From Candidatus Methylomirabilis oxygeniifera (lineage in GTDB: Bacteria; Methylomirabilota; Methylomirabilia; Methylomirabilales; Methylomirabilaceae): a stretch of DNA of 32,000 bases. Where the stretch lies: assembly GCA_000091165.1 (NCBI GenBank), contig FP565575.1, positions 1,890,001 through 1,922,000 of the forward strand. Reading direction: 5' to 3'. The translations under genes and the position numbers were made by a program. Positions within the stretch are counted from its first letter, which is position 1. Every line of letters starts with the position of its first letter. This document shows positions 14,471 through 23,921 of this stretch, piece by piece. The notes beneath the pieces were generated by a model. The model had not been told where the DNA came from. It made no database searches and saw nothing but the letters and a program-made list of their open reading frames with translations.

Positions 14471-15991
14471 TCAGATATTGGTCAGAACCGACTCGCCGGC
14501 GGCGCCGGTCAGCGCCTTCTCGGAGGCCTCGCTGAGGGCCTTGACATGGCGGCGATCCGTGGTGAAGACCCGGTAACGGGCCACCTTGGGCGGGATATCG
14601 CGAAATAGCTCCATCAGGGGTCTCGGCGACACTTCGCCCGTAGCCGGATTGTACATGAAGATCTGCTTGCTTCCTTCGGCCAGCGGGTTGATGGGACGGG
14701 GATCGAGCGCGGCCATGTCCACTTTGAACTCGATTCCATGCAGGCGCTTGGCCAGATGGCGGCGAATCGCCTCTTCCAGATGTGTGGCAGTCTGAAACTG
14801 AACCATCCGCTGCGATTCCTCGATAGTCGAGACAAAGTCATAGGCCATCTTCCACTTGACCTTCCGACCCGAGATCTTCCCCCACTCCGCTCCCAGCGCC
14901 CGCTCATGCGGATCTTTTGAGCCGGCCCACTCGCGGACCCGCTCGAGAAGGAACCAATCGGTCAGCTCCAGATATCGGTCCAGCGCTTTGTACGGATGAT
15001 ACGGGGCAATCCGCGCCATCGTCTCCTTGAAGATCTCCTGGACGTGCAGGTCGATGGCCCGGGTCGTCCGATGATGGTAGACGTTCACGTAAAGAGCGAT
15101 CTTCGCGTTCAGGAACCGCATCAGGGCCGACTCTCCCGCTTTGTGCAAGGTCAGCCCCTGCGGCGTGAAAAACGTGTACAGCAGCAGCCGCTCGATGTCC
15201 ACCATATCAAGCGAGAAGCCGGTCATATAGGCGTCTCGCTGCACGTAATCAAGGTTGTCCACGGTATAGATCCCGGAAAAAAGCGGGCGGAGCGCCAACA
15301 GCCACTCCGGAAAGCCGCCCGCAGAACCCGTTCTCAGCCCTGTCGAAGCCCGCCCTGAGCTCAGTCGAGTGGCGCCGGTCTCCGGCTTCTTGATTAAAAA
15401 GGCGATCTGTCCGGGATCAAGTCGTTCATTCGACCGAAACGACCCGCTTGGGCTTCGTCGGATCGCTTTGATGATCCCCCCCAGCTTCTTCGTGATGATG
15501 GCCATTCCAAGGATCTCATGGTTCAGCCGCTCGCCGCCGACGTGAAACTGCTGCAGGAAGTGATCGTCGAAAAAATGCCCGAAGGGACCGTGCCCCACGT
15601 CATGAAGCAACCCGGCAAGCCTCAGTAGCTCTTCAATGAACGACTCCGACGGCAGCGATTCTCCGAATGTCTCCTTCAGACTGGGATAGAGGTGTCGAGC
15701 GAATTTGCCGGCCATATGCATGGTCCCCAGGACATGCTGGAACCGACTGTGTTCGCCGGAAGGATAAACCCACCAGGTACTCTGGAGTTGGTGAATGCGG
15801 CGCAACCTTTGGACCCAGGGGCTATCAATGATCTCCTTCTCGGTCCGTTCCAACCGGTCACCCATCGGAACGGTGAAGAGGATATAGCGGTGGATCGGGT
15901 CTGCCAGCAATGCCAGCCCTTCGTAGGGTGACGTCAGCGGCGTGCCGCCACTCCCGATCGCCTGCAACGTGGTAATACGAGATGCAGTCAT
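14471..15991 (-). CDS. HD-domain phosphohydrolase (COG1078 / SAMHD1-like dNTPase superfamily)
   Basis: 506 aa. RFQHVLGTMHMAGKFARHL ... LAGLLHDVGHGPFGHFFD ... DNLDYVQRDAYMTG. It starts 11 nt after the helicase stop codon. Confidence 0.85.
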   Translation of the reverse strand: MTASRITTLQAIGSGGTPLTSPYEGLALLADPIHRYILFTVPMGDRLERTEKEIIDSPWVQRLRRIHQLQSTWWVYPSGEHSRFQHVLGTMHMAGKFARHLYPSLKETFGESLPSESFIEELLRLAGLLHDVGHGPFGHFFDDHFLQQFHVGGERLNHEILGMAIITKKLGGIIKAIRRSPSGSFRSNERLDPGQIAFLIKKPETGATRLSSGRASTGLRTGSAGGFPEWLLALRPLFSGIYTVDNLDYVQRDAYMTGFSLDMVDIERLLLYTFFTPQGLTLHKAGESALMRFLNAKIALYVNVYHHRTTRAIDLHVQEIFKETMARIAPYHPYKALDRYLELTDWFLLERVREWAGSKDPHERALGAEWGKISGRKVKWKMAYDFVSTIEESQRMVQFQTATHLEEAIRRHLAKRLHGIEFKVDMAALDPRPINPLAEGSKQIFMYNPATGEVSPRPLMELFRDIPPKVARYRVFTTDRRHVKALSEASEKALTGAAGESVLTNI

Positions 15992-16002
15992 CGATCACCC
16001 CT

Positions 16003-18483
16003 CTAGATCAATGCGGATTCCAGAACGATGCCACGATCCAGCATCTCAGTTGCCCGTGAGAGCGTTCGCGTCAGATCGGCGGGCAACTCCGGGCTCTCTT
16101 CGAGTTGCCGACACAGGTCGATCAGCCGGCGGAAGGCCCGGATGAGGTCGCCCTCATGCCCCCCGAAACTCTGTTCCACCAGCGCCAGCCAGTCGTCCTC
16201 GCCGGATACCCACCGATGAGTGGCCGCCAGATAGGTCGTGTGCATCGAAACCGGAAGCTCAACCTGGTAGGATCGCTGGACCTTGTCCACCTCCTGGCTC
16301 AGCTCTTCCAGTGTCTTTACGCGCCGGCGAAGGTGCGCCTGATCGCGGAGGAACAGCTTGGCCGCCGCCTGCTCGGTTGCTCGCGGTTCCTCAACCAGGC
16401 ATGAGAGAAGGCCCGCCAGCTCTTCAGGTACAAGCCCCTGCAGAAGTCCGGAGAAGGCCACCCGAGCCACCAACAGTTCGTTGTCGTGGCGCAGTGACGC
16501 AATCAGGCGGCCTTCCGCACCCAACCGTCCATCATCGACGTAGCCGAAGTACTGGAGAATTCCCACAACCCGCAGGAACTGTTCCCAGTAGGAATTCTGA
16601 AGTTGCTGTTGCGTCTGATGGTGACGCTCCAACATCTGCCCCAGGCGTCGCGACTGTTTGAGTTGTCGTTCCCGGAGCGACCGTTCCGCGCAGCGGTGGC
16701 AAGGCATCTGGGAGAGGGCAAGGGCCATCGCGTCCAGTTTGGACCTGCTCTCCTCGTAGTTACCCCAGAAAAAGGTCGGAGAACCTGCAGATCGTCGACC
16801 CCGGCCCCGGCCACCTCCACGACCAGCCCGCGCCGTCGCCACCCGCAGCGTCCCGATCCGCTGCCGCTCCTGCTCAATCGCAGCGCGCCGCTCACGATAC
16901 TCAATCAGCGTGCTGACCGGGCAACAGGGTGATGTCATGCCCTCGGCGTCGGCCAGTCTACGGATTAACTCCTCTTGTTCCCTCCGGCTGACCTCGATCT
17001 TTCGACGATTCTGGAACTGGCCGAAGCTCTTCTCTATGGTCTTCCGGATCGCCTCGGGCTCGCGTTGCATTTCAATCAGCAACGCCGCGCTGCTGTAGCC
17101 GATCCGGAATCGGCTGTCGATCGGTTCCGGATCGCCTCGTACCAGACGAACGGCGTCTTCGACCCCCTCCGCAGAATCGAGCGCCATGAGGCAGGTCCCT
17201 TCAGGATCGATCCCCCGTCGCCCGGCCCGCCCGGCCATCTGGAACAGCTCTCCGACGGTGAGCCCCCGGAACCCGAGATCGCTTCGCTTGCGAAGTCCAC
17301 CGATCACGACGCTCTTAGCCGGCATATGAATCCCCAGGCTCATCGTTTCGGTCGCAAAGACCACCTGCACCAGTCCCCGCTCAAACAGGAGTTCGGTGAG
17401 CCGCTTCAATGCCGGCAGGACGCCGGCGTGGTGCAGCCCCGCACCTCGACGGAGCCCGCTCAGAATCAGTCGATTCAGATCGCTCTCAAGACTGATGCTC
17501 GGGTAGTCGAGAAGCGTCTGTTGGATCGTCTCCTCAACCTCCTCACCCCTGGCGGGATCCAGGAGCGGCTCGCCGCGCTCCAGGAGACGAGCGAGAGCTC
17601 GCTCGCATCCAGATCGACTGAAGATAAAGTAGATGGCCGGCAGCCAACGGCGCGCCCGCAATGCGGCAATCGCGATACTCTCGTCGAGCGCGCGACGGCG
17701 GAAGGGGCGGTGCCGACCTTCCCTACGTCGTTCCCATCGGCCCGCCTCGCGCCCCTCCGATACGCTTCGGTCAGAAAAGAACGCGTGCAGGATCCGCCGG
17801 ACCGAAGCCGGTTCCGGCGGCCAGAGCTGCCCCTCCCTGTCGCAGAGCAGGTACTGCAGCGGCACCGGCCTGACCGGATGGTGGATAGGCCGGATCGGGC
17901 GATGTGTCTGGCCGATCCACTCGGCAATCTCCCTGATGTTGCTGACAGTGGCCGAAAGAGCAACAAGCTGGACCTCAGGAGGGCAGTTGATGATGATCTC
18001 TTCCCATACGGTCCCCCGCCCGACATTCCCCATGTAGTGGCATTCGTCCAGCACCACATAGCGAAGCCCCTCACATTCCCCCCCGTAAAACTTGTTTCGG
18101 AGGATCTCTGTAGTCATGACGACGAGAGGCGCGCGAGGGTTGACCTTCACGTCGCCGGTGAGAATGCCGACCGTCTCTTCACCCCACTGACGGGTGAAAT
18201 CGGCATATTTCTGGTTGCTCAAGGCCTTCAGAGGGGTCGTGTAGGCGATACGATGCTGATGGGCCAAGGCTCGAAAGATCGCGAATTCAGCGATAAGGGT
18301 CTTGCCGGCGCCGGTCGGCGCGGACACGATCACGGAACTGCCCTCCGCAATCAGACCGATAGCCTCTTCCTGGAACGGGTCGAAGGGGAACGGATACCGG
18401 TCGCGAAACGCGTCGATCAGCGCCTGCGCGTCCCGCGGCATGGACGATGAATCGATCTCGATGGGCCTGTCTCCTTTCGGCAT
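16003..18483 (-). CDS. Ski2-like DExH-box helicase (HelY-type) with a DSHCT-like C-terminal domain
   Basis: APTGAGKT (motif I), VVLDECHY (DExH), LSATV, and helicase C motifs (HHAG..P, QMAGRAGRRG). The C-terminal ...GRLIASLRHDNELLVARVAFSGLLQGLVPEELAGLLSCLVEEPR is DSHCT-like. The start is set at ATG 18483, because the track's extra 32 codons up to 18579 lie in a repeat element. Confidence 0.9.
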   Translation of the reverse strand: MPKGDRPIEIDSSSMPRDAQALIDAFRDRYPFPFDPFQEEAIGLIAEGSSVIVSAPTGAGKTLIAEFAIFRALAHQHRIAYTTPLKALSNQKYADFTRQWGEETVGILTGDVKVNPRAPLVVMTTEILRNKFYGGECEGLRYVVLDECHYMGNVGRGTVWEEIIINCPPEVQLVALSATVSNIREIAEWIGQTHRPIRPIHHPVRPVPLQYLLCDREGQLWPPEPASVRRILHAFFSDRSVSEGREAGRWERRREGRHRPFRRRALDESIAIAALRARRWLPAIYFIFSRSGCERALARLLERGEPLLDPARGEEVEETIQQTLLDYPSISLESDLNRLILSGLRRGAGLHHAGVLPALKRLTELLFERGLVQVVFATETMSLGIHMPAKSVVIGGLRKRSDLGFRGLTVGELFQMAGRAGRRGIDPEGTCLMALDSAEGVEDAVRLVRGDPEPIDSRFRIGYSSAALLIEMQREPEAIRKTIEKSFGQFQNRRKIEVSRREQEELIRRLADAEGMTSPCCPVSTLIEYRERRAAIEQERQRIGTLRVATARAGRGGGRGRGRRSAGSPTFFWGNYEESRSKLDAMALALSQMPCHRCAERSLRERQLKQSRRLGQMLERHHQTQQQLQNSYWEQFLRVVGILQYFGYVDDGRLGAEGRLIASLRHDNELLVARVAFSGLLQGLVPEELAGLLSCLVEEPRATEQAAAKLFLRDQAHLRRRVKTLEELSQEVDKVQRSYQVELPVSMHTTYLAATHRWVSGEDDWLALVEQSFGGHEGDLIRAFRRLIDLCRQLEESPELPADLTRTLSRATEMLDRGIVLESALI

Positions 18484-18529
18484 CTTTATGAGCAACACCC
18501 CATGCAGTACGAGCCACACCACCGTGCAC

Positions 18530-18658
18530 GAAAACCCCCTCAATCCCCCTTTACAAAAGGGGGAGGCAGGGACGCGCATCGGTAGCCCCCCTTTTTTACG
18601 AAAGGGGGGTCAGGGGGGTTTGTCTGAAACTGATGGCTGAGCGCTGATAGCTGAACGC
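18530..18658. repeat. modular composite hairpin repeat (homolog of 13606-13771)
   Basis: GAAAACCCCCTCAATCCCCCTTTACAAAAGGGGGAGGCAGGGACGCGCATCGG followed by TAGCCCCCCTTTTTTACGAAAGGGGGGTCAGGGGGGTTTGTCTGAAACTGATGGCTGAGCGCTGATAGCTGAACGC. By hand alignment the first module is about 89 percent identical to 13606-13658. Confidence 0.75.
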
Positions 18659-18913
18659 TCTTCTCTGAGCAACAGTAGCAGATTGCGCCAGGCACTTCAA
18701 CCAGTTCGGCTCTGTCTTGAGTGATCTGCTTGCTCCGGGAGGTTACGTCGTGTAGATTAGTAAGAGGTACTGGAGGGACTTCTGCGATCGACTTCAGGCG
18801 TGTTCGGACGGTGGCTCGAGGTCATTCAGTCGATTGTCAAGCAGCAGCAACAACAGAGGAACGCCACGATCCTCGGTCTCATGGATCGGTAAGACATCAG
18901 AAAGGCTTTCAAC

Positions 18914-19144
18914 ATGCCAGAGGAGCAATCGCGAGCCGAAGAGGCGATCCGGGAGCAGGTACGAGTTGCAGTCGAGGCGATCGAGGGGGCGTTGGAGGGA
19001 ATCGTACGCTTCCTGACGCCGCTGCGACCGACCATGCGGAATGAGCTGATCCAGTTCCTCGGCCCCCACGTGGAACAGGCACGGCACGCTAAGGAATCGC
19101 TCGAAAGGATTCTTCTGGAATTACAGCAGAAGAAGGAGTCGTGA
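18914..19144 (+). CDS. hypothetical small helical protein (76 aa)
   Basis: The ORF has non-repetitive, helix-prone sequence but only a weak ribosome-binding site. It converges on 19148-19357 with a 3-nt gap between the stop codons. Confidence 0.3.
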   Translation: MPEEQSRAEEAIREQVRVAVEAIEGALEGIVRFLTPLRPTMRNELIQFLGPHVEQARHAKESLERILLELQQKKES

Positions 19145-19147
19145 GGG

Positions 19148-19357
19148 TCAGACCTCCGCGCTCGGCTTATCCCCGGAAGATTCAACTATTCGGACATAAC
19201 CCAGGGTCCGCAGGAATCTCTCCCCCTCAGTCGATTTGAGGAAGCTCAGCAGATAGTCGCTGAAGCTTTTCGCCATATCCGACGAGAGGTACGGCGGATG
19301 GCCCATTGCGCACCAGATCGTAATCTTATGGTACAGGCTCTGCACGTCTCCTATCAT
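19148..19357 (-). CDS. hypothetical protein, last gene of the mla-like operon (69 aa)
   Basis: ATG 19357 is preferred over GTG 19375 because AAGGAG lies 6 nt upstream. It directly follows mlaC. It is not recognisably STAS/MlaB-like. Confidence 0.45.
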   Translation of the reverse strand: MIGDVQSLYHKITIWCAMGHPPYLSSDMAKSFSDYLLSFLKSTEGERFLRTLGYVRIVESSGDKPSAEV

Positions 19358-19371
19358 AGCGGACTCCTTCT

Positions 19372-20037
19372 TCACCGAACCTTCGACTTTGGAGTACCGA
19401 GCTCAGCCCTCTCCTCACCCTCGACCTTGGCCTGCATCTTCTTCACTAGATCCTGATAAGAGGAGGTACGAATGATCTTGCTGAACTGGGTGCGATAGTT
19501 ATTCACCAGACTGACACCCTCGACGACAATGTCATAGACCGACCATTTGGAGTCGGCCTTTTGCAGACGGTAGGCGATGGGGATTTCCTGATTCCGTTTG
19601 GTCACGATCTTGGTCCGCACCTCGGAATAGTTGCCGTCCGTCGTCTCTTCCAGGTACAGGATCTGCTCGCCCGTATACCCCTCGACCCGATCGACATAGG
19701 CCCGTTCCAACAGATCGGTGAACAGACCGACGAATTCACTGCGCTCATCGGGCGTACGCTCGCTCCAGTACCGGCCCATGGAACGTTTCGACATCTCAGA
19801 GAAGTCAAATCGCTCCAATACGGTCTTGCGGAGTTGGGCTCGACGCTCCTTGGTCTTCCGCTCACCCTTGAGGGCCGGATCGGTCAGGATCTTGAGCACC
19901 TGGTCAACGGTTCCCTTGACCTGATCTGTCGCCGGACCGGCAAGACTCTGTCCCGGCATCCACAACACGGCCACGGCTGCCGCGATGAGCGTGAACGTCT
20001 TCCATCGATACCTGGCATCGGAATACTTCGCGGTCAC
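19372..20037 (-). CDS. mlaC: phospholipid-binding periplasmic protein MlaC (Ttg2D family)
   Basis: 221 aa with a signal peptide. ...RRAQLRKTVLERFDFSEMSKRSMGRYWSERTPDERSEFVGLFTDLLERAYV... is the typical MlaC pattern. It overlaps the upstream OMP gene by 4 nt. Confidence 0.85.
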   Translation of the reverse strand: MTAKYSDARYRWKTFTLIAAAVAVLWMPGQSLAGPATDQVKGTVDQVLKILTDPALKGERKTKERRAQLRKTVLERFDFSEMSKRSMGRYWSERTPDERSEFVGLFTDLLERAYVDRVEGYTGEQILYLEETTDGNYSEVRTKIVTKRNQEIPIAYRLQKADSKWSVYDIVVEGVSLVNNYRTQFSKIIRTSSYQDLVKKMQAKVEGEERAELGTPKSKVR

Positions 20038-21428
20038 TTCGCTTCCTCCTTCACGGCTCGACCTGTGGCATGTTCAATGTTCGCAAGCGAAAGGTTATAA
20101 TTATACATCGCTCTATAGTTGTCGGCCCGCAGTTTGGCGTACGCCTCCGCGGCCTGGCCGAGCTCTTTGGACTCCCCAACCCCGAGGTCGTAGTTCGCCT
20201 TGGCCGCCACCAGCCATTTCTTCGCGTTCCGCCACCCGTCCTCCGTAGCCCTCAGCGTCTCCTTCGCCTCGTCCAGCTCCCGATGGGCCTTCCGCACCTG
20301 TAACGGGATCCCCCGCTCTGCGAACGACTTCATCTCCCCAACCTTCAGGTGCTCCGCCTGAGCCGCCCGGATCTTCCCACGGGTAATTCCAAAGTCGAGG
20401 TCATACTTAAAGCCCAGGACAATCGCAGTGTACCGATCATTCAACGGATCAAAGGCCCAGGGATTCTGCTGGCGAGTACGGTTGCCGGCCTGCGCATACA
20501 CCCCGTTCAGCGCAAGAAAAAACTGCGGATACAGGTTACTCTCCTCTGCTTTGACCAGCGCCTCTGTGGCCTTGAGCCCGGCCCGCACCTGGGTCATTTC
20601 CGGTCGCAGCTCCAACGCCGTCCCCGCCCCTCGATCCACCTGCTCCACGTCCCTTGGCGCCGCCTGCAACCCTATCGCATCCAGTTCGAACGGTTGGGTG
20701 CGATCAAGACCTGCGTAGAACATCAGACCGCCCGTAGCCAGATCATACCCCTTCTGGGCCTCTTCCCGGTTCTTCAACACTTCGCCTCGAAACGCTTTTA
20801 ACTTATACAGATCCACCTCATCAACCCCTGGTGTCTCCGCCTTGAGCTGCCGCTCCGTCTTCTGGATCGCCTTGTCGAGGTCCTTGGCGATCTCATCAAT
20901 CAGCCCAAGCATATCGCTCGCCAGGAGTCGGCCATAGTACAGCTCCTTCACCTTCAGGATCAGGTCGGCAGCCTTCTCCTCTACCTTTGCCTTCTCGACC
21001 TTTATCCCTTCCTCCGCAGCCTTTCCGAAGCCCTCGAGCTTGCCAAAGGTGTAGAGCGGCTGGACCAGTCTCATCTCAACCCGCTCGAAGACGTTGTTCA
21101 CGTGGGGGTCATCTTTTCGATCGGGAGAACCGCCCTGGACGGTTCCACGAGCTCGAGGGGACGGACCCACTATGGCGGTCACCTCAACCTGAGGGTACCG
21201 ACCGGCGTCGGCCTGATCTTTCTTCGCCATCGCCACCTCAGCGCCTCGTTGCGCCTGACGAATCTCAGGGCTCGTGGCCAGCGTGCGCTGGATTAAATCC
21301 TTCAGGGTGTAGCCGGCCTTTGGTGTCGGCGATTGTGCAGACACCGGCCGTACGATAGCCACCGTTGTCATGAGCGCCAGCGGCAGCATAATCCGATACG
21401 CCTGTCTCATTCGGCCTGCATACTTCAT
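20034..21428 (-). CDS. TolC-family outer membrane efflux protein
   Basis: 464 aa with a signal peptide (ALMTTVAIVRPVSA). It shows the two-repeat OEP pattern (LKDLIQRTLATSPEIRQAQ..., ...YDLGVGESKELGQAAEAYAKLRADNYRAMYNYNLSLANIEHATG). Confidence 0.85.
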   Translation of the reverse strand: MKYAGRMRQAYRIMLPLALMTTVAIVRPVSAQSPTPKAGYTLKDLIQRTLATSPEIRQAQRGAEVAMAKKDQADAGRYPQVEVTAIVGPSPRARGTVQGGSPDRKDDPHVNNVFERVEMRLVQPLYTFGKLEGFGKAAEEGIKVEKAKVEEKAADLILKVKELYYGRLLASDMLGLIDEIAKDLDKAIQKTERQLKAETPGVDEVDLYKLKAFRGEVLKNREEAQKGYDLATGGLMFYAGLDRTQPFELDAIGLQAAPRDVEQVDRGAGTALELRPEMTQVRAGLKATEALVKAEESNLYPQFFLALNGVYAQAGNRTRQQNPWAFDPLNDRYTAIVLGFKYDLDFGITRGKIRAAQAEHLKVGEMKSFAERGIPLQVRKAHRELDEAKETLRATEDGWRNAKKWLVAAKANYDLGVGESKELGQAAEAYAKLRADNYRAMYNYNLSLANIEHATGRAVKEEAK

Positions 21429-21480
21429 GAGCGCCTCCTTCGAGATCAGCGGTTCGACATACGCCTAAGATTGCCTCTTC

Positions 21481-21921
21481 TTAAAGCTTGCCAAAAATAT
21501 AATTTGAGATGAGCTGCTCTATGTCTATAGGATCTTCAGTATCCCGAAGTTTACCGCCAGGCCGAACCAGCGTATCGGAACCTCCTGGCGTAATCCTCAC
21601 ATACTTCTCGCCGATCAGCCCTTTTGTCCGGATCGAGACGATCGCGTCATCCTGAAGTTTGACGTCAGAATCGATGCTCATGACAACAACGGCCCGATAA
21701 CTGTCCAGCCTGATCGTTTTGACCCTACCGATCTCGACTCCGGCGATCTCGACCACCGCCCCATTCTTCAAGCCGGCCACCGAGTCGAACTGGGCTGATA
21801 CAGGATATCCCCGATCGCCGACCACCTCAAGCCTGCCGAGCCTGATCGAGAGCCACGCTAAGCTCACGATTCCCACTACCACGAATAGCCCTACCAGCGT
21901 TTCCATGGTCAGTCGCTTCAT
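21481..21921 (-). CDS. mlaD: MCE-domain protein MlaD
   Basis: 146 aa with an N-terminal TM helix. F.SVAGLKNGAVVEIAGVEIGRV..I.L....AVV.M.I......L..DA...I.T.GLIGEKY is the MlaD pattern. Confidence 0.85.
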   Translation of the reverse strand: MKRLTMETLVGLFVVVGIVSLAWLSIRLGRLEVVGDRGYPVSAQFDSVAGLKNGAVVEIAGVEIGRVKTIRLDSYRAVVVMSIDSDVKLQDDAIVSIRTKGLIGEKYVRITPGGSDTLVRPGGKLRDTEDPIDIEQLISNYIFGKL

Positions 21922-21995
21922 TGATCTCGCTCTCCGTCCTGATCTCTTGACAACCCCGCCATCACAGCTTGAACCTCTACAACAGATCGCGTTGC

Positions 21996-22742
21996 CTACT
22001 CCGGACCAGTCTGACCATTGCTGGCCCCGGTGATGAACTGACGGATGATAGGATTGGCGGAGGTCATGATCACCTCCGGACTATCGTGCTCCACAATGAC
22101 CCCATTGTGGAGCATCGCTACCGTCTGAGCAATATCGAAAATCTCCGGGATGTCGTGACTGACCACGACTGCGGTAAAGCCGAAGCGCTTATGGGCATCC
22201 AGAATCAGACGATGGACCGAGTGCAGCAGGATCGGATCGAGGCCCGTCGTCGGCTCATCAAAAAGGATGATTTGCGGATCATGGACTAAGGCTCTTGCCA
22301 GCGCTGCCCGTTTCTTCATCCCTCCGCTCAGTTCTGCGGGGTATTTATGCGGCATATCAGCAAGCCCTACGGCCTCCAGTCGCTGCATCGTGCGCTTGGC
22401 GATCTCCCCTTCCGACAGTCGGGTCTTTTCCCGAAGCGGGAAGGCCACATTGTCGAACACCGTCAGCGAGTCGAACAACGCGCACCCCTGAAACAGCACG
22501 CCGAACTTTTCGCGCACCAGATCCAAGGCCTTGCCGCGAAGCCGTGCGAGGTCGGTCCCATCGACCAGCACCTGACCGCTATCCGGCCGCATAAGGCCGA
22601 TGAGGTGTTTGAGCAGTACGCTTTTGCCGCCTCCGCTCCGTCCAATAATAGCCGTGACCTGCCCTTTGGGAATGGTCAGGTTTACCCCCCTGAGCACCTG
22701 TTGCTGCTCAAAGCTCTTACGCAGATCAATGAGCTGAATCAT
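21996..22742 (-). CDS. mlaF: ABC transporter ATP-binding protein MlaF
   Basis: 248 aa with GRSGGGKS (Walker A), LSGGMKKR (signature) and ILFDEPTTGLDP (Walker B). Confidence 0.9.
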   Translation of the reverse strand: MIQLIDLRKSFEQQQVLRGVNLTIPKGQVTAIIGRSGGGKSVLLKHLIGLMRPDSGQVLVDGTDLARLRGKALDLVREKFGVLFQGCALFDSLTVFDNVAFPLREKTRLSEGEIAKRTMQRLEAVGLADMPHKYPAELSGGMKKRAALARALVHDPQIILFDEPTTGLDPILLHSVHRLILDAHKRFGFTAVVVSHDIPEIFDIAQTVAMLHNGVIVEHDSPEVIMTSANPIIRQFITGASNGQTGPE

Positions 22743-22755
22743 CTTTCAAGCAGGT

Positions 22756-23526
22756 CTAGAAAAGGACGGCGGTCATGAAGTAGTTCCAGACCAGCACCAG
22801 AACCGACGACAGGACGACAGCTTCGGTCGTTGCCTTCCCCACGCCCTCGGCCCCATATCCGGTATAAAACCCCTTGTACGTACAGACCCATGTGACAATG
22901 AGGCCAAAACTCAGCGATTTCAGAAAACCGCCCTGTATATCACTCATCTCCACCATATTCCGCATTTCGGAGAAGTAGGTGCCTGCGCCGACACCAAGCA
23001 TCTTCACTCCAACGAGATAGCCGCCGAAGATCCCCACGACATCGAAGATAGCCGTCAGAAGGGGAACCGAAATGAGTCCGGCGACCACTTTGGGAACGAC
23101 CAGGTGTTTTACGGGATTCACGGCCATCGCCTCCAGCGCGTCGATCTGCTCGGTAATCCGCATGATGCCGATCTCTGCGGCGGAGGCCGATCCAGCCCGT
23201 GCCGCCACCATCAGAGCGGCCATCACCGGTCCCAGCTCCCGGATCAGGCTCAGGCCGACGGCCGGACCGAGAAGCGCCTCGGACCCGAACTTCCGAAGGG
23301 TGTAGTACCCCTGAAGTCCGAGCACCATTCCGCTGAAAGCCGCAGTCAGAAGAATGATAGAACTTGACTTGACCCCGATAAAATAGATCTGGCTGACGAT
23401 ACGCCTGAACTTTAATGGTGGCAGGACCGCCCAGAGACCGGTGGAACCCAGAAAGATGGCCATATGCCCCATCATCCGGACCTGCTTAAGAACCGTGCGT
23501 CCGACCGCCTCCAACGGGTTGCCCAT
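22756..23526 (-). CDS. mlaE: ABC transporter permease MlaE
   Basis: 256 aa, multi-pass membrane protein. LIRELGPVMAALMVAARAGSA..AEIG.M...EQIDALE.M is the MlaE signature region. Confidence 0.9.
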   Translation of the reverse strand: MGNPLEAVGRTVLKQVRMMGHMAIFLGSTGLWAVLPPLKFRRIVSQIYFIGVKSSSIILLTAAFSGMVLGLQGYYTLRKFGSEALLGPAVGLSLIRELGPVMAALMVAARAGSASAAEIGIMRITEQIDALEAMAVNPVKHLVVPKVVAGLISVPLLTAIFDVVGIFGGYLVGVKMLGVGAGTYFSEMRNMVEMSDIQGGFLKSLSFGLIVTWVCTYKGFYTGYGAEGVGKATTEAVVLSSVLVLVWNYFMTAVLF

Positions 23527-23921
23527 GCTCTACTCCAAGAGAAACTCTCAGCGCGTCGGCAAAGGAACCGACAGTGTCGTAGAATTGCATACGCTCTCCA
23601 AGTTGTCAATTATTTCCTATCGTTTCCCGGCCTGAATCCTGAGTCGGACTCTGATTCTGACTCTCAATACCCCGGACCCGCTCCACCGGCACATGGAATC
23701 GTCATCCGTGGCACACTGCCTGAAGAAAACTCTTGTACCGGTATGATGGCTGTCCTATCATATTCTTGCTGATTTCTTATGAAAAAAGCGCCGACCACCA
23801 GCACGCAGCCGGTCAGCCAACCAGGAATACCTGAAGGCTGAACGCTGATTGCTTGGTGATTCTGATACCGCGCCATCGGGTCGAACATTGGCGCTCAGGC
23901 GAGGAGGCTGAGTTGAGCACG

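Noticed and set aside
16975-18450. 491-aa ORF on the + strand
   Set aside because: It is antisense to the DExH helicase, whose minus-strand frame contains all helicase motifs. The translated sequence is low-complexity (R/P/A/D-rich) and has no start context.
18484-18579. N-terminal 32-codon extension of the helicase ORF (MRVPASPFCKGGLRGFSC...)
   Set aside because: The extension is encoded by the intergenic hairpin repeat element (18530-18658). The PF.KGG.RGF-type peptide is the recurrent artefact of this repeat family, so ATG 18483 was used instead.
3649-18658. Possibility that the recurring hairpin units are a CRISPR array
   Set aside because: The units are self-complementary C-tract/G-tract hairpins of variable length. 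They are dispersed over five loci, directly abut one another, lack regularly sized unique spacers, and have no cas genes nearby.
23640-23670. Short hexamer-like repetition gactct-gattct-gactct upstream of mlaE
   Set aside because: There are only about three imperfect units with no symmetry and no second occurrence in the window, which is indistinguishable from chance.
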